Assembly: GCA_964016885.1 (NCBI GenBank)
Contig: OZ024740.1
Location: 401,078,001 to 401,142,000 of the forward strand
DNA: 64,000 nucleotides
Direction of reading: 5' to 3'
DNA from: Eledone cirrhosa
Lineage: Eukaryota
Positions 13,052-27,078 of this stretch are shown piece after piece; position 1 is the first letter of the stretch, and every line of letters starts with the position of its first letter. A program made the position numbers and the translations under genes. The notes under the pieces were generated by a model. The model made no database searches and was not told the DNA's origin. It saw only the letters and a program-made list of their open reading frames with translations.

Positions 13052-13455
13052 ATATATATATAGATATATAGATATATACATATATATCTATAGATACAGA
13101 GAGAGAGAGAAAGAGGTGAGAAAAAGCGAGAGAGAGAGTAAGAGAACGAGAGTGAGTGAGAGCCTAAAAATATGATTATAGTTACATTTTTTGCACTTTA
13201 CTGAGAAGTTATTTCCAATTTAACGTTTTACTTTTTTCTCTGCTATACAAAGTATAGGAATATTTGACGTTCCAACCCTTTTCCCTCTCCTTCACATCTG
13301 AAATATTCGTAAATTTTGAGAATTTTAAAATTCCTTCATATCCCATCGGTACTCAGCCTTTTCATCAGCATATTTGCCAGAGATTTACAACTGATACTAT
13401 CACTACTACAACTGCTGCTGCTGCTACTACTGCTACTACTACTACTACTACTACT

Positions 13456-14290
13456 TGTGCGTCGAGGATCCGATTTCTTTTATTGGGCGCAGCGGGGGTT
13501 TTATTTTTTGGAGGTGCGTGCGGTCCGTTCTTTTATTGGGCGCGGCGGGGGTATCCGTTCATTTATTAGGTGCCCCAGAGGGTCTGTTTTTTATTTGGCA
13601 CGGCGGTGTGTCTGTTTTTTTATTGGTAGCGGTTGGGGTCCGTTTTGTATTGGGCGTGACAAGGCGTCCGGTTTTGTTATTGGTCACGACGGGAGGCCAT
13701 TTTTCATCAGGCGTTGCGGGGAGTCATTTTTTTTTGGGGGGGGGGGCGATGCGGGAGGTTCATTTTTTTATCGAGCGCTGTAGGTGATCTGTTTTTCTTG
13801 GGCTCGGCGGGGGTCCGCATTATTATTGAGCACGGTTGGGGGTCCGTTTTTATATTGGGTGCGGCGGGGGTTCGTCTTTTTTTATTGGGCACGGCGGGGT
13901 TCCATTTTTTTATTTTTAAATATTGGCGTGGTGGAGTTTCTGTCTTTTTATTGGTTGCGGTGGGGGATAAGTTTTATTTATTGGTCGCTTCGGGGGTCGT
14001 TTTTTTTATTTTTCGAAGTGAGGGTGCCAGTTTTTTTTAATTGTCGTGGTGGAGTGTGCGTTTTTTTTTATTGGTTGCGGCGAGGTGTCCGTATTTTTAT
14101 AGGGTGCGGCGGGCGGTCCGTTTTTTTTTATTGGGATCGGCGGAGGTGCATTTTTTATATTGGTAGCGGCGGGTGTCCGTTTTATTTATTGAGCGAGGCG
14201 GGTCTCCGTTCTTTTTTTATTGGCCGTAGCGGGGGCCCGTTTTTGTATTGGGTGGTGTGGTCCGTTTCTTATTGGGGCGGGGGAGCTAAT
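13456..14290. repeat. Degenerate GC-rich ~30-32 bp minisatellite (consensus about TTTTATTGGGCGCGGCGGGGGTCCGTTT)
   Basis: About 25 periodic units, followed by TTAGGG-like repeats at 14296-14341. Confidence 0.85.
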
Positions 14291-14343
14291 GGTTATTAGG
14301 GTTGGGGTTTGAGTAATGTTTAGATTTAGGTTTAGGGTTAGAA

Positions 14344-14562
14344 TTATGGTGCAATTAATGAAAGTATGTGCTTAAACTATCAACACACTTCTGCCATCTT
14401 AACTGTAACTTGATTATTCCAGCAGTAAAAGTGTCTGAAGTGTGACAGGCAAAGAAATTGCGGAAGGCGATTAAACGTTTGTCCTTGCAAGAAGTGCTCC
14501 AATGCCTGCAAGAGATAATATACAGTTGGTGCATGTTCTGGTGAATCATTTGAGGGTATGTG
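14344..14562 (-). mobile_element. mariner transposase C-terminal relic
   Basis: SPEHAPTVYYLLQALEHFL (decayed YSPDLAP.DY.LF) and GIIKLQLRWQKCVD...YF. Confidence 0.8.
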
Positions 14563-14899
14563 TTGCACTATTTTACATCTTTTGGACCTGGCCTTTCTGG
14601 CCAGACAAATTTTGTATGTGATTAGGTTGTTTTTTGGGGGGTTATTTGACCGATTGTTTTGGTCGTGCTTTCGCCTGGCCACCTCTTATCGACCAATCAT
14701 CTTTTACCTTTGATTTTCAGCTGAAGTTATTTTTCGTATTTATTGTATTTCAGTTTATTCAATGTTCACTTTCCTTGCCATTAAATTACCATCAGTATAT
14801 TGCTTTCTGATCAAATTACCTATCTTTCGTTCCATTCTCCGATACTCGACGGTGTAAGGTAGGTTTTAGTAAATAGTGTGTATCATACGTATTTTACAA

Positions 14900-15490
14900 T
14901 GGATCAATATAGTGTTTCACGACAATATTTACAAGTTTTTCTTATCACACCACATATCGAATCGAATTTTTTAAGACACATAGTTTTACGCTATGTTATG
15001 ACCGATGGTGATAAAGTGAGGGTTGTGGAACCATTTGTCAATTCCATTGAAACAGAAGGTAAATTCGTCGATAATATTTCAACGGTGAATTTTGAAATAT
15101 TAGAGAAAGGCGGAATTGATAGTCACAATTTAAAAAAGGCAAGCTTATGATAATGTTGAGGTGATGGCTGGTCTATAAACTGGTGTTCAGAAACGTATCA
15201 AGAAAATTAATAAAAAATCAGAATTTGTCGCTTGTACAAATCACTACCTGAATTTGGCAGATGTCCATGCAGCTAATGCTGGTGTAAATTCTGTTATCGT
15301 TTGTATGTATTTATTCTTCATCAACTCATTGCTGAGATGTTCTAGCTTCAGTGACTGATCAAAATGTCAAGAGAATAATAGAACATCATTGGAGTGCGAG
15401 GGGGGGGGGGGGTCTGTAAGTGTTGTAAAGAAACATTTCTCAAAAACCTTAAGTGCACTAGAAAAGTTAGCTGGTGAAGAAGAAAATAAA
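14900..15490 (+). mobile_element. hAT transposase relic
   Basis: IVLRYV...; AYDNVEVMAG.TGVQKRIK...FVACTNHYLNL (D and CxxH motifs) with stops and frameshifts. Confidence 0.8.
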
Positions 15491-15816
15491 GCTACAGTGC
15501 AGATTGTGGTGTTCTACTTGGTGAGCTGCAATCATTTTCTTTTTTGTGCTTTCTTTCATTGTTTATTTCACACACTCATATACATATATTTGTGTCTGTG
15601 TATAAAATATATGATGAAAGTATAAGAAAAGCGTAGAGAGGTTAATTAATCCAGCTAAATTACCAATATGCAAATTAATCGATTGTACTTGTGCTAGTCC
15701 ATACCACTAGCCTCGCAAAGCACGTCTATTCTGATATTTATCCCCAGAAATAATGAATCAGATTTTATTAAAGAGGTGATTAAGCAGAGCACATACAAGG
15801 GAAAAGGAAGATAAAA

Positions 15817-15882
<66 letters not shown>

Positions 15883-15933
15883 TTATATATTTGTTTTGCA
15901 AGGTTTTTTATATGAAATCGTCAGTTGAAACAA

Positions 15934-16289
15934 ATATTGTTATATTTGGTGAGTGTCGTTGTTATAATATTGCCAGAAATAATAATAGAATACACTTACT
16001 GTTTGGTTTGGGTTGGTTTTCGCTTCTGTGAGGAAACATAGTAGTACCACTGATGATGTCACAGATGTATGACGAAAAAGGTTTGATAGAATATATATAT
16101 ATATATATGTCTATATCTTTATTTTTAACCGTTGGTCAATCAATAGTAAACATTGATTACCAGATAAATTAACTATGGAGATATAAAAGATACAGAAGCG
16201 AAAACCAACCAAACCAAACAGTGAATGTGTTCTGTTATTATTTCTGGCAATAATATAACAATATGACCCTCCTCAAATATAACAATATA
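15934..16289. mobile_element. Older fold-back element (arms about 15934-16029 / 16192-16289) with a decayed HHR-like motif at 16045-16088
   Basis: Diverged inverted arms; TACCA-CTGATGA-T-GTCA...TGAC-GAAA...TT-TGATA. Confidence 0.65.
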
Positions 16290-16321
16290 TATAGCACACA
16301 CACACATAAATATGTATGTAA

Positions 16322-16381
<60 letters not shown>

Positions 16382-16407
16382 TTACATACATATTTATGTG
16401 TGTGTGT

Positions 16408-16524
16408 GCTTGGTAAAGACAGATCTGCGCTGAAAGGGCTTCTGTACTCAGTCTCCGAAAGCAGGAGCTGATATCTCATCAGATGATTAAATAACTCTAT
16501 AGGTGTTTCGGCCCCTTCGACCTA
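16408..16524 (-). mobile_element. PLE-type terminal fragment (3' half of an HHR plus TGAGTAC motif)
   Basis: GGTC..GGCC-GAAAC on the minus strand; TGAGTAC ~36 nt from the end. Confidence 0.4.
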
Positions 16525-16849
16525 TGTGTGCATGTGTTTGTATATGTGAAGGCGCGCATATGTATATAAATAAGTATTTGTATGTATATGTGTATGTTTG
16601 TGTGTCTGTAAGTTTATCTATATTTGTATAGATACTCATATATATATCCATACGTATGTGCATGTACGTATACACCGTTATTTACTTCCATACATTCATA
16701 TACTACAAATACACAACCGTTTTATTCCTGATGTATTTTGTCGTCTGTGGCAAGTGTCATGAACTCTACTAACCCCATCATTTACATTCTTACACACACA
16801 CAGACACACACACACACCCATACACACATATATAATGTCATTATACCCT

Positions 16850-16880
<31 letters not shown>

Positions 16881-17199
16881 ATATACATTATTTATTTATT
16901 TATTAATATAATTTAAACGTCCGTATAGAGCTAGTAAGCCATGACAGACACGGGGAAGTGTCGAGTAGTCCTTATAGTTGGTTATCAAAAGGAGCTACAG
17001 AGACAAGTAAGAAAAAGGAAAAGAAAAAACTAAAATATAAATAAAAATAGAGAAAGGGAGGGAAAAATAAAATAACAGAGATTTCTCTTCTCATCTTATA
17101 CCAATCTATGGAAGCACTTAAAATCAGGCTTCCCAAATTCCTACTTGGTAGAATCTGAATATAATCTATTGATATGACTTGCAGTTCAAGATGATAAAT

Positions 17200-18830
17200 T
17201 TCTGGTTCAATCAGAAGGTCAAAGATGCCATCGGAGCAAAGAAGGAGGCTTACAAAGCTTGGCTTGGAAATAATTATTGCACTTGTGGTCCAGCAGGCAC
17301 GAATATTCGCAGCAGGGACAGAAAAGGCGTCCAAAGTTAAGACATGGGAAGACTTTGTGGTTAAGCTGGAATCCGACTTCAGATCAGTAAATAAAGTTTT
17401 CTGGCAGACCATCCTCCAACTTCGCAATGAGAAGTTCTCTTTCACACCTGCTATCAAGGACGATTCTAGGGTCCCCTTCTCTTCATGAGCGGGCTGGAGA
17501 GAATACTTTGCTGATCTCCTAAACCCGATCACAACAGCATCTTGTGGTGTACATGAGGTGCATCTGGGAGCGGTGACTAATCTCTCGGAGGCCGACTCGT
17601 GTGTGCTGGGTGGCCTGGATCTCTGGAAAGGTACCTAAGCAATGGCAAGAGTAATAATACTAATTTTCAAAAAGAGGGACAAGAGAGATTGTTTCAATTA
17701 CAGAGGGATCCCCTTGTTAAACCTCCACGGTAAAGCCTATGCTTAGTGTCTGGAAAAGTGATGCAGGGAGATTGTCGAGTCCAAGCTAGCTGATTATCAG
17801 TGCGGTTTTCGCACCAGCCGCTGCACAGCCGGATCAACATTCACATTGCGTCAGGTCTTCGAGAAAGCGCAGAAGTATTACCAAGAGGCATGATGTCGAT
17901 AATCAGCTTTTTTTGCCTTGATAACTCTTTAGGAATACCCGTATATTTGTGTTCGGATAAATGGGGCTGAATCGAAACCATTTAATGTTGGTGTCGGATT
18001 CAGAGTGCGTACAGTCACCTTTCCAGTTCATTATTTTCATGAACAGGATTGACATGTGCAACCATGTAGGAAGTGGTGTCACGACTGACAGGTGTAAAAT
18101 CAGTCTGCTAGGGTTTGCAGGCGACATGGTGTTAAGTAACCCGGCAGAAGGTGATCTCCGAATTGCACAGTGCTGCGAAAACTGAGAGATTCGTCCTCTC
18201 AAGGAAGCTTGCGCAGTGTACTATACATACGAATGGAGTTCCACTGAAACAGGTGGAGAAGGTCAAATATCTGGGGTCATAGTCAAGAGTGATGGGAGGC
18301 AGGAGGCTAAATTAAGTGCAAGAATTACAGGAGCTGGGGCAGTAATAAAACCAGCTTCAGCATTCAGTAATCAGAGGTAGGTATAAAAACCAAACTTGTT
18401 ATCTTCAATATGGTATTCATGCTAACCTTTGCCTATGGTTATGAATCTTGGGCAATAATCGAAAGAATACGAACATGAATACAAACGGCCGAAATGAGGT
18501 TCCTCCGAAGGGTCTTTGGAGTAACGCTACTCGATAGAGTGCATAGCTTGGAAGCCGAGAGTCACTCCAGATAGAGCCGCTATTTCTCTGAATAGAGAGA
18601 TCAGATAATATGGGCATGTGGTTAGAATGTCTCAGGGAAGAATCACTGGACAAATTTTAAGGGCAATACCAATCAGCAGTAGACCCAAAGCAAGATTTCT
18701 GGATAACATCTATGAGCATGGCTGGTCTCCCTTGAGTAGACGGTTGCTTCTCACAGGACCTGATGGAAGGACTGTTTAAAGACTCTTCCCCCATGACCCT
18801 CAGAGGAATAAACTTGAGAAGAAGAAGAAA
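17200..18830 (+). mobile_element. Degenerate RTE-clade LINE (family with (GAA)n tail)
   Basis: WEDF...FWQTI, YRGI.LL...GKAY, QCGFR and FAGDMVL motifs with many stops; same family as 43405-44765. Confidence 0.85.
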
Positions 18831-19304
18831 AGGAAATTTTATATTTGTGATAAAATACTATACTTTAAGCCTTCATGTTTCTTAAGACGTAGCTTTCCTG
18901 TTAGATGAGTTTAGTGAGATAAATGCTAATATTGGCAATACATATATTCCATTAGCGCTGCATGTTATGCACAATACTTTACTCTTTTACTTGTTCCTGC
19001 CAATGGGCTGTAGCTTTTTTTATATTTTGACTTGCAAAATATACTACACAGACACAGCATTCGTTCAATATTTCACCTTTTCTTTTGTGGATTTATGAAC
19101 ATATTCGCACACACATATAACATCTGCTTTTTCATTTCTTTTTCTTTTTGAAAATGTATATAACAGACCTATATACTTAACATCTATATATATACATATG
19201 TATAATTATTTACAGGATCTGAGTTCCTTTAGAAGCAAGAAATTATAAGAACTGCACCGTCCATTTGCATACTTTTAACAAAATACAACGAAACATATTT
19301 CATC

Positions 19305-19967
19305 ATGGGTTTACACTGGACTATCTTTGCTGGCTTCATATATTCCTGAATATGAGTAATTCTCTTGCTTTTGTTACCTTTTGTTTCACCACTGACATGG
19401 CGGAAAGTGTTCCAATCCCGAATTATAGCCTTAATATCTACCTATTCATATTGTTATATTCGATTATTAATGTTGATTTTAGGTATTGATTTCGTTGACT
19501 CAATTTTGCCTCTCCATTCATATAGTTTGGACAGCATTCAAACCTGTTTTGGGCTCAACGTAATTTTTACATCTCTGGATTTTCTTTGTTTCTCTGGAAG
19601 GTCTTGAATCGTATTATCAAAATGATTACAACCCAAGCTCAACTTATGACTGACTTGGAAGCAACTCATAAGCAAGCAGTGAGTGCTAGTGAAGCTGCTA
19701 ATAAATTTATGAATGCATCGGGGCCTCTAGAGGAAAATATGGCAAATTCGGAGAAGGAACATTCTGCTAAAAGTCTTTAGACTCTCGAACAGAAACTGGA
19801 AAGGGCAGAGATGGAATTAGATGATGTCAAAAGAAAATTGAAACAAAATCAAATGGATTTGACAGCCATGAACTCTCAATCTGTAGTAACTCAACGTGAG
19901 GTTGTTAGAAGAATATCCTATCCTTGAGAAGAAGACTGAACTGGAAGCAAATAAGAAAGAGGATTAA
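19305..19967 (+). pseudogene. BCAP31: Processed pseudogene of BAP31/BAP29 (B-cell receptor-associated protein 31-like)
   Basis: MGLHWTIFAGFIY...LLLPFVSPLTWRKVFQSR...AQRNFYISGFSLFL...KQAVSASEAANKFM, coiled coil, then KKED* (KKXX motif); no introns; frameshifts and an in-frame TAG at 19778. Confidence 0.85.
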
Positions 19968-21344
19968 AAAAATATTTTATCTTTGAAGGAAGTTTAGAAG
20001 CTAAAGTAGGATAGGTATTTTTAATGACTACATGATCTGTGTGCCTTGCATTAGGATATATTTGCTACTAACTATGGAAGAAAATATTTCTTTATAGACT
20101 CTTACAGACTTTCAAAACTACTTTGGTGAATTCAGTGAATTTTATTTTGCCAATATGAAATAAAATGTAAAAAAAGAGTTAATACAGGATTATAAACAAG
20201 GATGGAAAAGTTTTTTTAAAAAATCTGTTGGGAATGTGTTCTTTTTTCTTTTGTTTTACTGTTTCTATTTTTTTAAAAATATGTTTATTACGAAAAAAAA
20301 ATAATTCAAAAATATACGAATAAAAGTATAAAAACGAAGAAAAAATAAATATATTCTTAAAACGATAGCTATTACTATGGTAACTTAACAATAAAGTATT
20401 AACTGACACATTTCTCCTAAATTTGTAAACAACCAGCCTGAACATTTAAAATGTCCTTGATGCCCTCTCTCTAAAATGAATTATTCATTAACAAAACTTT
20501 ACACTTTGTATTACATTGTATATATAAATATGTTATTTATTGACTGAATAAATATATCTATATCTATCTATATATGTATATATATCTACTCTTGTGTTGC
20601 GAAACCATTTTTAAATAGTTACAGATATATCAGAGAAATGCTTATTTGAACTTACAGAGTGAAATGTACTTATGAATTTGAACTTATATCAGTGAAATGG
20701 GTACTTTAAGATTGAATATACATTCTCATAAAGTGTAGCAGCTTTGGTTAGATAGTTCACTTTGATACCCTGTAGTTGTCGTTTCCATCCCACTGCAGGA
20801 CACCCGTCTACCACAGGCTAAGCTTAACCATCCCATGAGGGTGGATTTTATTGTACAGAAGTTTATTATATGTGTGTGTACCATTTCATCAATATCATTT
20901 GACATCTCTCTCGATGCTGGCATGGGTTCGGTTGGATAGGTTTGGACACTCAACATGAGATTGTCCTGGACATATATGGCCCACACTCATACCACACTCA
21001 TACCACCCACCCAATAAAATAAAATACCACGGCTTTTAGCAAATCCGCTTCTAAATATTAAGCATGAAAACTTTGAAATAATAATCATCCCATTAGCTAA
21101 ATGAAAGGACCTGCGTGGGAGTTCCAATTATTCATTCAATTGATGAGGCTTCTCATTAAATTGACAACATGTATGTGGCTGAGCATTCCACTGTCACGTG
21201 CACCCTTAACTCGAGGAAAATGATTCGGCCTGACGTAATATGTGACAAGGATGGCCTTTTGAATTTCAGGTACAGTCCATCCAACGTCCTTCCAAATAGT
21301 ATCCGTTAATCCAACTTCACTCACAACCTAAAAATATGGTAAAA

Positions 21345-21428
21345 GATACTTGCCTGAAATAATGTGCAGTGGGATCGAACCCAGGATGTTAGGATTGCGA
21401 AGCGAACTTCTTAATTATTTGGCCATGA
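21345..21428 (-). mobile_element. tRNA-derived SINE head
   Basis: GGTTCGATCCC B box with a decayed A box upstream on the minus strand. Confidence 0.6.
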
Positions 21429-21479
21429 TGCATTCACGACGAATAAATGCGCTCATTACAAATAACGAATCAACCGCAA

Positions 21480-21695
21480 ATATAGAGGCATCTATGTGGT
21501 CAATCGCTTTGCTAGAAATAGACCCCAATGCCTCAAATTATATCCTACCCTCACTAATATGAATTATATATTAGAAAAGGTAGTCATAGATATCCCTTTA
21601 AAGGGAAAGGGTTGACACGGATGGAAAGCCTTTGATGATAGGTCCGCTGGTTTATGGCTGCTTTGGGGCTAAACAAAACCAATAATAGCAACATC
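21480..21695 (+). mobile_element. SINE family 2 3' part (ends GGGGCTAAACAA..); decayed relatives near 28400-28620, 37235-37390, 46570-46725 and 57290-57480
   Basis: Loose similarity between copies, judged by eye. Confidence 0.45.
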
Positions 21696-21783
21696 AATGC
21701 GGAAAACTTTACGTGATCTCTCAATATGTTAGAAACACAGTCAAATTCTATTTAGTTTCTGAAAACAATATATATATATATAT

Positions 21784-24592
21784 GTTTCTTTTATTTGCCA
21801 CCAGGGCATCAAAAGTGGGACAAGTACAAAGGGGGGAGTTTACACAAAAAGGCGTCCTCAATAAGGAGGAGGCAATAACAAAGTATAAAAATAAAATAAA
21901 ATATAACAAAAAATAAAATTTATAACAAAATCCTCAATAGAGAGGAGGCGCCTTGGGGAGTCGCACACACCCCCGAAAAAAGTGTGCAACCCTTTTCCTT
22001 AGGAGCACAGAGAGGGGGTGCTCCCTCGTTCCTTCCTCTCCTCCACCTACAGGCTTATGTAAAGAGAAGGCCCATTCACACGGGCCATTCTCGCCACTTT
22101 CACCCACCTTTCATAAAAACGACTGGGGTGGAGCACCTCTCTCTCCATCCTGATCCTTCTTCCGAAATGATATCGGAAGAAACGGACCAGTTGTTGGCCA
22201 GAGAGAAAGGTGCCTGACTCAGTCCTTTCAGACGCGTCCACCATACAACTTCTTTCACCATGGCTATTACGCACAGAAACACCGCCTCTCCTTCATCTTT
22301 GAAGGGGGGAGGCGGCTTGATCATTACAATAGACTCGGTGGTCAACCGGATCGGTCCCACCCTTGACAGCAGTTGTTCGACATAGCCCCACAGATCGGCT
22401 ACGCCCGAGCAGTGTACCAATGCGTGTGCAACGGTTTCCTCGTCGCACACGCATCTGGGACAGATCTTTTGGGCGGGGTCCCTACCCGGGCGCCCGTGTC
22501 TGTAGAGCTTTTCTCGAACAGGTAGAGCCCCTCAGTATCACTGCCAGGCCAGGGACTTCTGGAAGTTGTCCATAGGTCCCGGGCTGAATGTCCTACCGAA
22601 CAGGCTGGCCAGTTCGTCCTCCTCTATGTCTAGGGCTTCTCCGAGGGCGTCGTCGCACCTGCTGCGTACCAGCCCTCTATAGAATGTTGCGGTGGAGTCT
22701 CCACTGATAACCGGATCCGCCTGCCAGAGGGCGGTGAGCGCCTGGGCACACTCAGTGTGCCAGGCGCCCAGTTTTCTCGGTCTTTGCTTGACCCAGGATT
22801 GCAGCTCGGTGAGTGAGACGAGTCTGGGAAAGGTTCGTCTCACAAACGAGGCCCACACCGGTTGACCGGTGAGGAATACGTAGAGGTGCCGTAGCCTTAA
22901 TGCGTGTTTACGCATCATTAGCCACGACATCTCCAGCCCTCCTTTCGAAGGGTGTTGACAGCAGATGGATCTCCTCACCATAGGAGCCCGCCTCTTCCAA
23001 AGGAATTGGAAGAGCGCGCGCTCCATCTTGGTGAGGGTTTCCCTTGGGCAGGGCACTACGGTCAGGCGGTAGTAGATGACGGACGCTATATAGGTGTTCG
23101 CCACCTCCGCCCGACCTTTCAGGGATAGTTTGCAACTGGCCCACTTCTGGGTCAGTGCAAACACCCTGTTCGTAACCTCCGCCCAGTTTTTCTCCACCTG
23201 GAGGTCCGGTCCGAACCAGACCCCGAGCAACTTCACCGGGCCCTCCGTCCAGCGTCCGACGACGCCATCGGAAGGCATCGGTCTGCCCCTCCACGTGCCG
23301 AGTTGCAAACCGATCGACTTGTCCCGGTTCAGCTTAGCCCCTGTGAACTTTTCGTACTCCTCCAGTAAGGTGCCGACCGCCTCGATTTCGGAGGCCGTCG
23401 ACACCATTACTGTCACGTCATCGGCGTAAGCCGACACCGCTTTCCGCAATCCCAGTTCCAAAGGGATGCCCTGCAACAACTCCAACTTCCGCAGTAGTGG
23501 CTCGAGAGTCAACACATACAGAAGGGAGGAGAGGGGGCACCCTTGTCGGATGGACCGCGCGATTTTGAACAGCTCCGAGAGGTAGCCGTTCACCTTGACC
23601 CTAGAGCAGATGCGGCTGCTGTGCATAGCAGTGATCCAGCCCCTGAAAACGGGTCCGAAGCCTGCCGCCGCTAGCACTGCATCCAGGTAACCATGGTCGA
23701 CGCTATCGAACGCCTTAGATTGATCCAAGTTGATCAGAGCCCCACCAAAGCCGGGTTCGTTCCCAACCCTCTCTATGATGTATCGCATGAGGTGGAGGTT
23801 GTCATGGATGGACCTGGACGGGATAGCGCATGTCTCCGCATCTCCCACCAGGTTTCCCACGACAAGCGCCAACCTCTTTGCTAGCACCTTGGCCAAAATC
23901 TGTAACTCTGTATTTAGCAGAGTTATGGGCCTGAAGTTACTTATTTCGTCCCCCTTGTTCTCGTCCTTCCTCACTAGCGTGACTACGCCCTTGGTCACAG
24001 TACAGGGAATTCTCCCGTTCTGTTGCCAGTTGCAGTAGACCGCCTCGAGGAGATCGGGGAACAAGTCCGGCATAGCTAGATATAATTCGTAAGGAAGACC
24101 ATCGAGACCCGGGGATTTGCGTTTGCCGCATTGGCTCAGCACGTCCTCTATCTCAGCGGCCGAAATCGGCTCCTCGCAGGACTTCGCCTCCCTGTCCGAG
24201 AGGCGCGGCAGGCCGTCGAGGTATGGACCGAAGTCCACGTTCCCAACCGGCTCCCCGCCCCTCCCGAACAGTCGGGCAAAGTGCCTTTGAAAGGCCTCAC
24301 ACATCTGCTTAGGCTCAAGAATCGCCCGTCCATCCAGGTCTCGCAAAGACCGGATGGTGGATTTAGTTCCACTGTTGGCCTCTGTCACGCGGGCCCAGCT
24401 AACAGCTTTGGTCCCCTCGTTCCCTAGAGCACGTATTTTACTTCGGACAACGCAGCCTTCGTGCTTCGCGTCGAAAAACTGGCTCAAAACCGTTCTCGAC
24501 GCTAGCACTCTGGCCACGTCGCCGCTTCTAATTGCCTCTTCTACTCTATCTATTAGCTCCCTTTCCTTCCTATTCCTATCCGCAGCTAGAAC
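21784..24592 (-). mobile_element. 5'-truncated Tx1/L1-clade LINE
   Basis: GC-rich island; RT and zinc-knuckle coding; 3' end AATAAAGAAAC abutting (TA)n. Confidence 0.9.
22100..24592 (-). pseudogene. ORF2 reverse transcriptase plus C-terminal zinc knuckle
   Basis: KSPGLDG, FRPITLLN, LDQSKAFD, RQGCPLS, YADD, then CPRC..EET..H....C in the same frame after two in-frame TGA stops near 22535. Confidence 0.9.
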
Positions 24593-25126
24593 CATAGTGA
24601 GGATGATGATGATTGAAATGTCTTTCATAACAGGAATGTTTAATCAGTGCTGGCTTAGGGGTAAAAAACAAGAACCACAAATATTATTGCAATCACCCGA
24701 CTACCATTATAGATATCACCATGTTAATATATTAATACCAGTCATTCTTTGGGGTCGAGTATTATAACCAGCAATATCATCGGCTTTACGAGCACCGATA
24801 CCAGCACTTCTTCAAACTCTATTAGTAGCGAGCATCAACTCCCATTTGTAGCTCCACTAGACAGCGTGTAACAAACAGCTGGAAGTCATTAATGGTACAT
24901 CCGACCATGTGAAAGCTACGGGATATGAACCTTCTTATAAGTTGTCACTTCCCCTCTATTATAGTACTGATGTCTTTCTTTCCATACGACTGTAACGGCC
25001 TTTTGTGTGACATATAAATGGAGAAGTTAAGTGTGTGTGAGTGTGTATGTATGTGTGTGTGTGTGTGTATGTGTATGTGTGTATCTGTGTGTGTTGCATG
25101 AGGCTTGTGAATGCGTAAATCTCATG

Positions 25127-25148
25127 ACTACTGCTGCTGCTGCTGCTG

Positions 25149-25188
<40 letters not shown>

Positions 25189-25249
25189 AACCAACCATCA
25201 CTACTACTACCACCACCACCACTACCACCACCACCCACCACTACCTCTA

Positions 25250-25301
<52 letters not shown>

Positions 25302-25303
25302 TG

Positions 25304-25337
<34 letters not shown>

Positions 25338-25407
25338 AACTACTACTGCTACTACTACTACTACTGCTGCTGCTGCTCTGCTACTACTACTACTACTACT
25401 ACTACTG
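25127..25407. repeat. Compound (CTA)/(CTG)/(CCA) trinucleotide microsatellite
   Basis: Directly visible. Confidence 0.95.
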
Positions 25408-25694
25408 TGTAAGTATTAGTGGTGAAGATATGTATGTGTATGATGTCTGTATAAGAATGATGAGTATGCGACACATATCAATACAAGAACTTACGTATCT
25501 CTCCTTGCAATCGGAAGGAATACTTATATGTGGAGGGTATGTGAGATGTACATATACCGTGTGTAAGTGTAGAGCACCCACATCTACTGTGGTTTGTGTG
25601 TAATTTGGAAAGACATGTATAGTACCTGTGAGGTATGTATACAGTTATCCAGTTTGTGTATATTATATATGAGTTTCATATATAATATACACAA

Positions 25695-25885
25695 GCGGTG
25701 GATTGGCAGTATCGTTAGAGAGTCGGACGCCACACTTTGCAGCATGGAGTTACGGGCCTTTGCGATCTGAGTTAAAATCCAGGCGAGGTTAACTTTGCCT
25801 TTCAACCTTACGGAGTCGATAAAATAAAGTACCAGTAATAAACTGGGATATTTGCTGGCCTTGTGCCAAAAGTAGAAACAATTAT
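25695..25885 (+). mobile_element. SINE family 1
   Basis: Full-length match to 11512-11690. Confidence 0.85.
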
Positions 25886-26807
25886 ATATGCGTCTCATGT
25901 ATGGATAGTCCAAGATGAAATATTAGCTGTATATATGAATGTAAATACCTGATACATTGCTTGCAAATGTATGGAGTGTGTTATGCGTGTGTATATGCAT
26001 CTCATTAATACGTAAGTGTCAGTATGATATCCATGTAAGGTGTTTGTAAGTATTATAGCTAAGTAAATGTATGTGTGGAGTGTATAGTGTGTTTGGTATG
26101 TGACTGTACAAGTGTGTGCCCCAATACATTTGTGTAAAGGCATGCGTGTTTACGTTGCGTATAGAGAGTGTGGTGTGATGTTATACATAGTATCTGCTTA
26201 AGTGAATTGGTGGAAATATTTACATGCTTGGGATATGAAATGCAGCGATGTATGCATATATGAGATATATGTGCGTATATAGTATGTATATATAGGGCAT
26301 GTATCTATCTTTTTTTTTTAAGTGGATGTATGTAAATGTTTGTCTTTGTGTTCTGGCTTATGTTACTTGGTGTGGGTATTAAAATTGTTTCACAAGCTAC
26401 AGTAATGATAGCAAAATATCCCATACTAAAAACTTATAGAAAGACATCAACGTTGATTGATGGAATAACAAGCCATTGAATATTAAACAGAAAACCAGGA
26501 GAGATTGCAAACCTAGAATCAAAATCTGATGCGATATAGGAATATGCATCAATATGTATACAAATGGTGTAAGATCTCAACAAACATATTTAACTGGAAT
26601 AATGGATCTAGAGAGAAATAATGTTCAAATATTTGTTATCAGTTATCCGAACTATTGTTACTTAAATTGATTTTCTTATATTTTCATGTTTATATTTTAA
26701 CTGAATGCAATCTAATTATCTGTCTATTTGGCGACAATGATATAACTCCCCCAACTGCTTCTCAATACATACATACACTCACACATACATAAACACACAC
26801 ACACACG

Positions 26808-26906
<99 letters not shown>

Positions 26907-27029
26907 TTCTCAATATATAATTACACTCACACATACATAAACGCACACACACACATTCACACATACATACATATATATATATATGCGCGTGTGTGTGTGT
27001 GTCTGTGTGTGTGTATATGTATATATACA

Positions 27030-27078
<49 letters not shown>

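Noticed and set aside
13456-14290. CRISPR-like repeat-spacer array
   Set aside because: Units are degenerate tandem copies without unique spacers; eukaryotic context; no cas genes.
14296-14341. True telomere
   Set aside because: Only a few degenerate, internal TTAGGG units.
16475-16515. Permuted (type II) hammerhead, GAAAC...CTGATGAG on the minus strand
   Set aside because: The strands that would form stem II do not pair.
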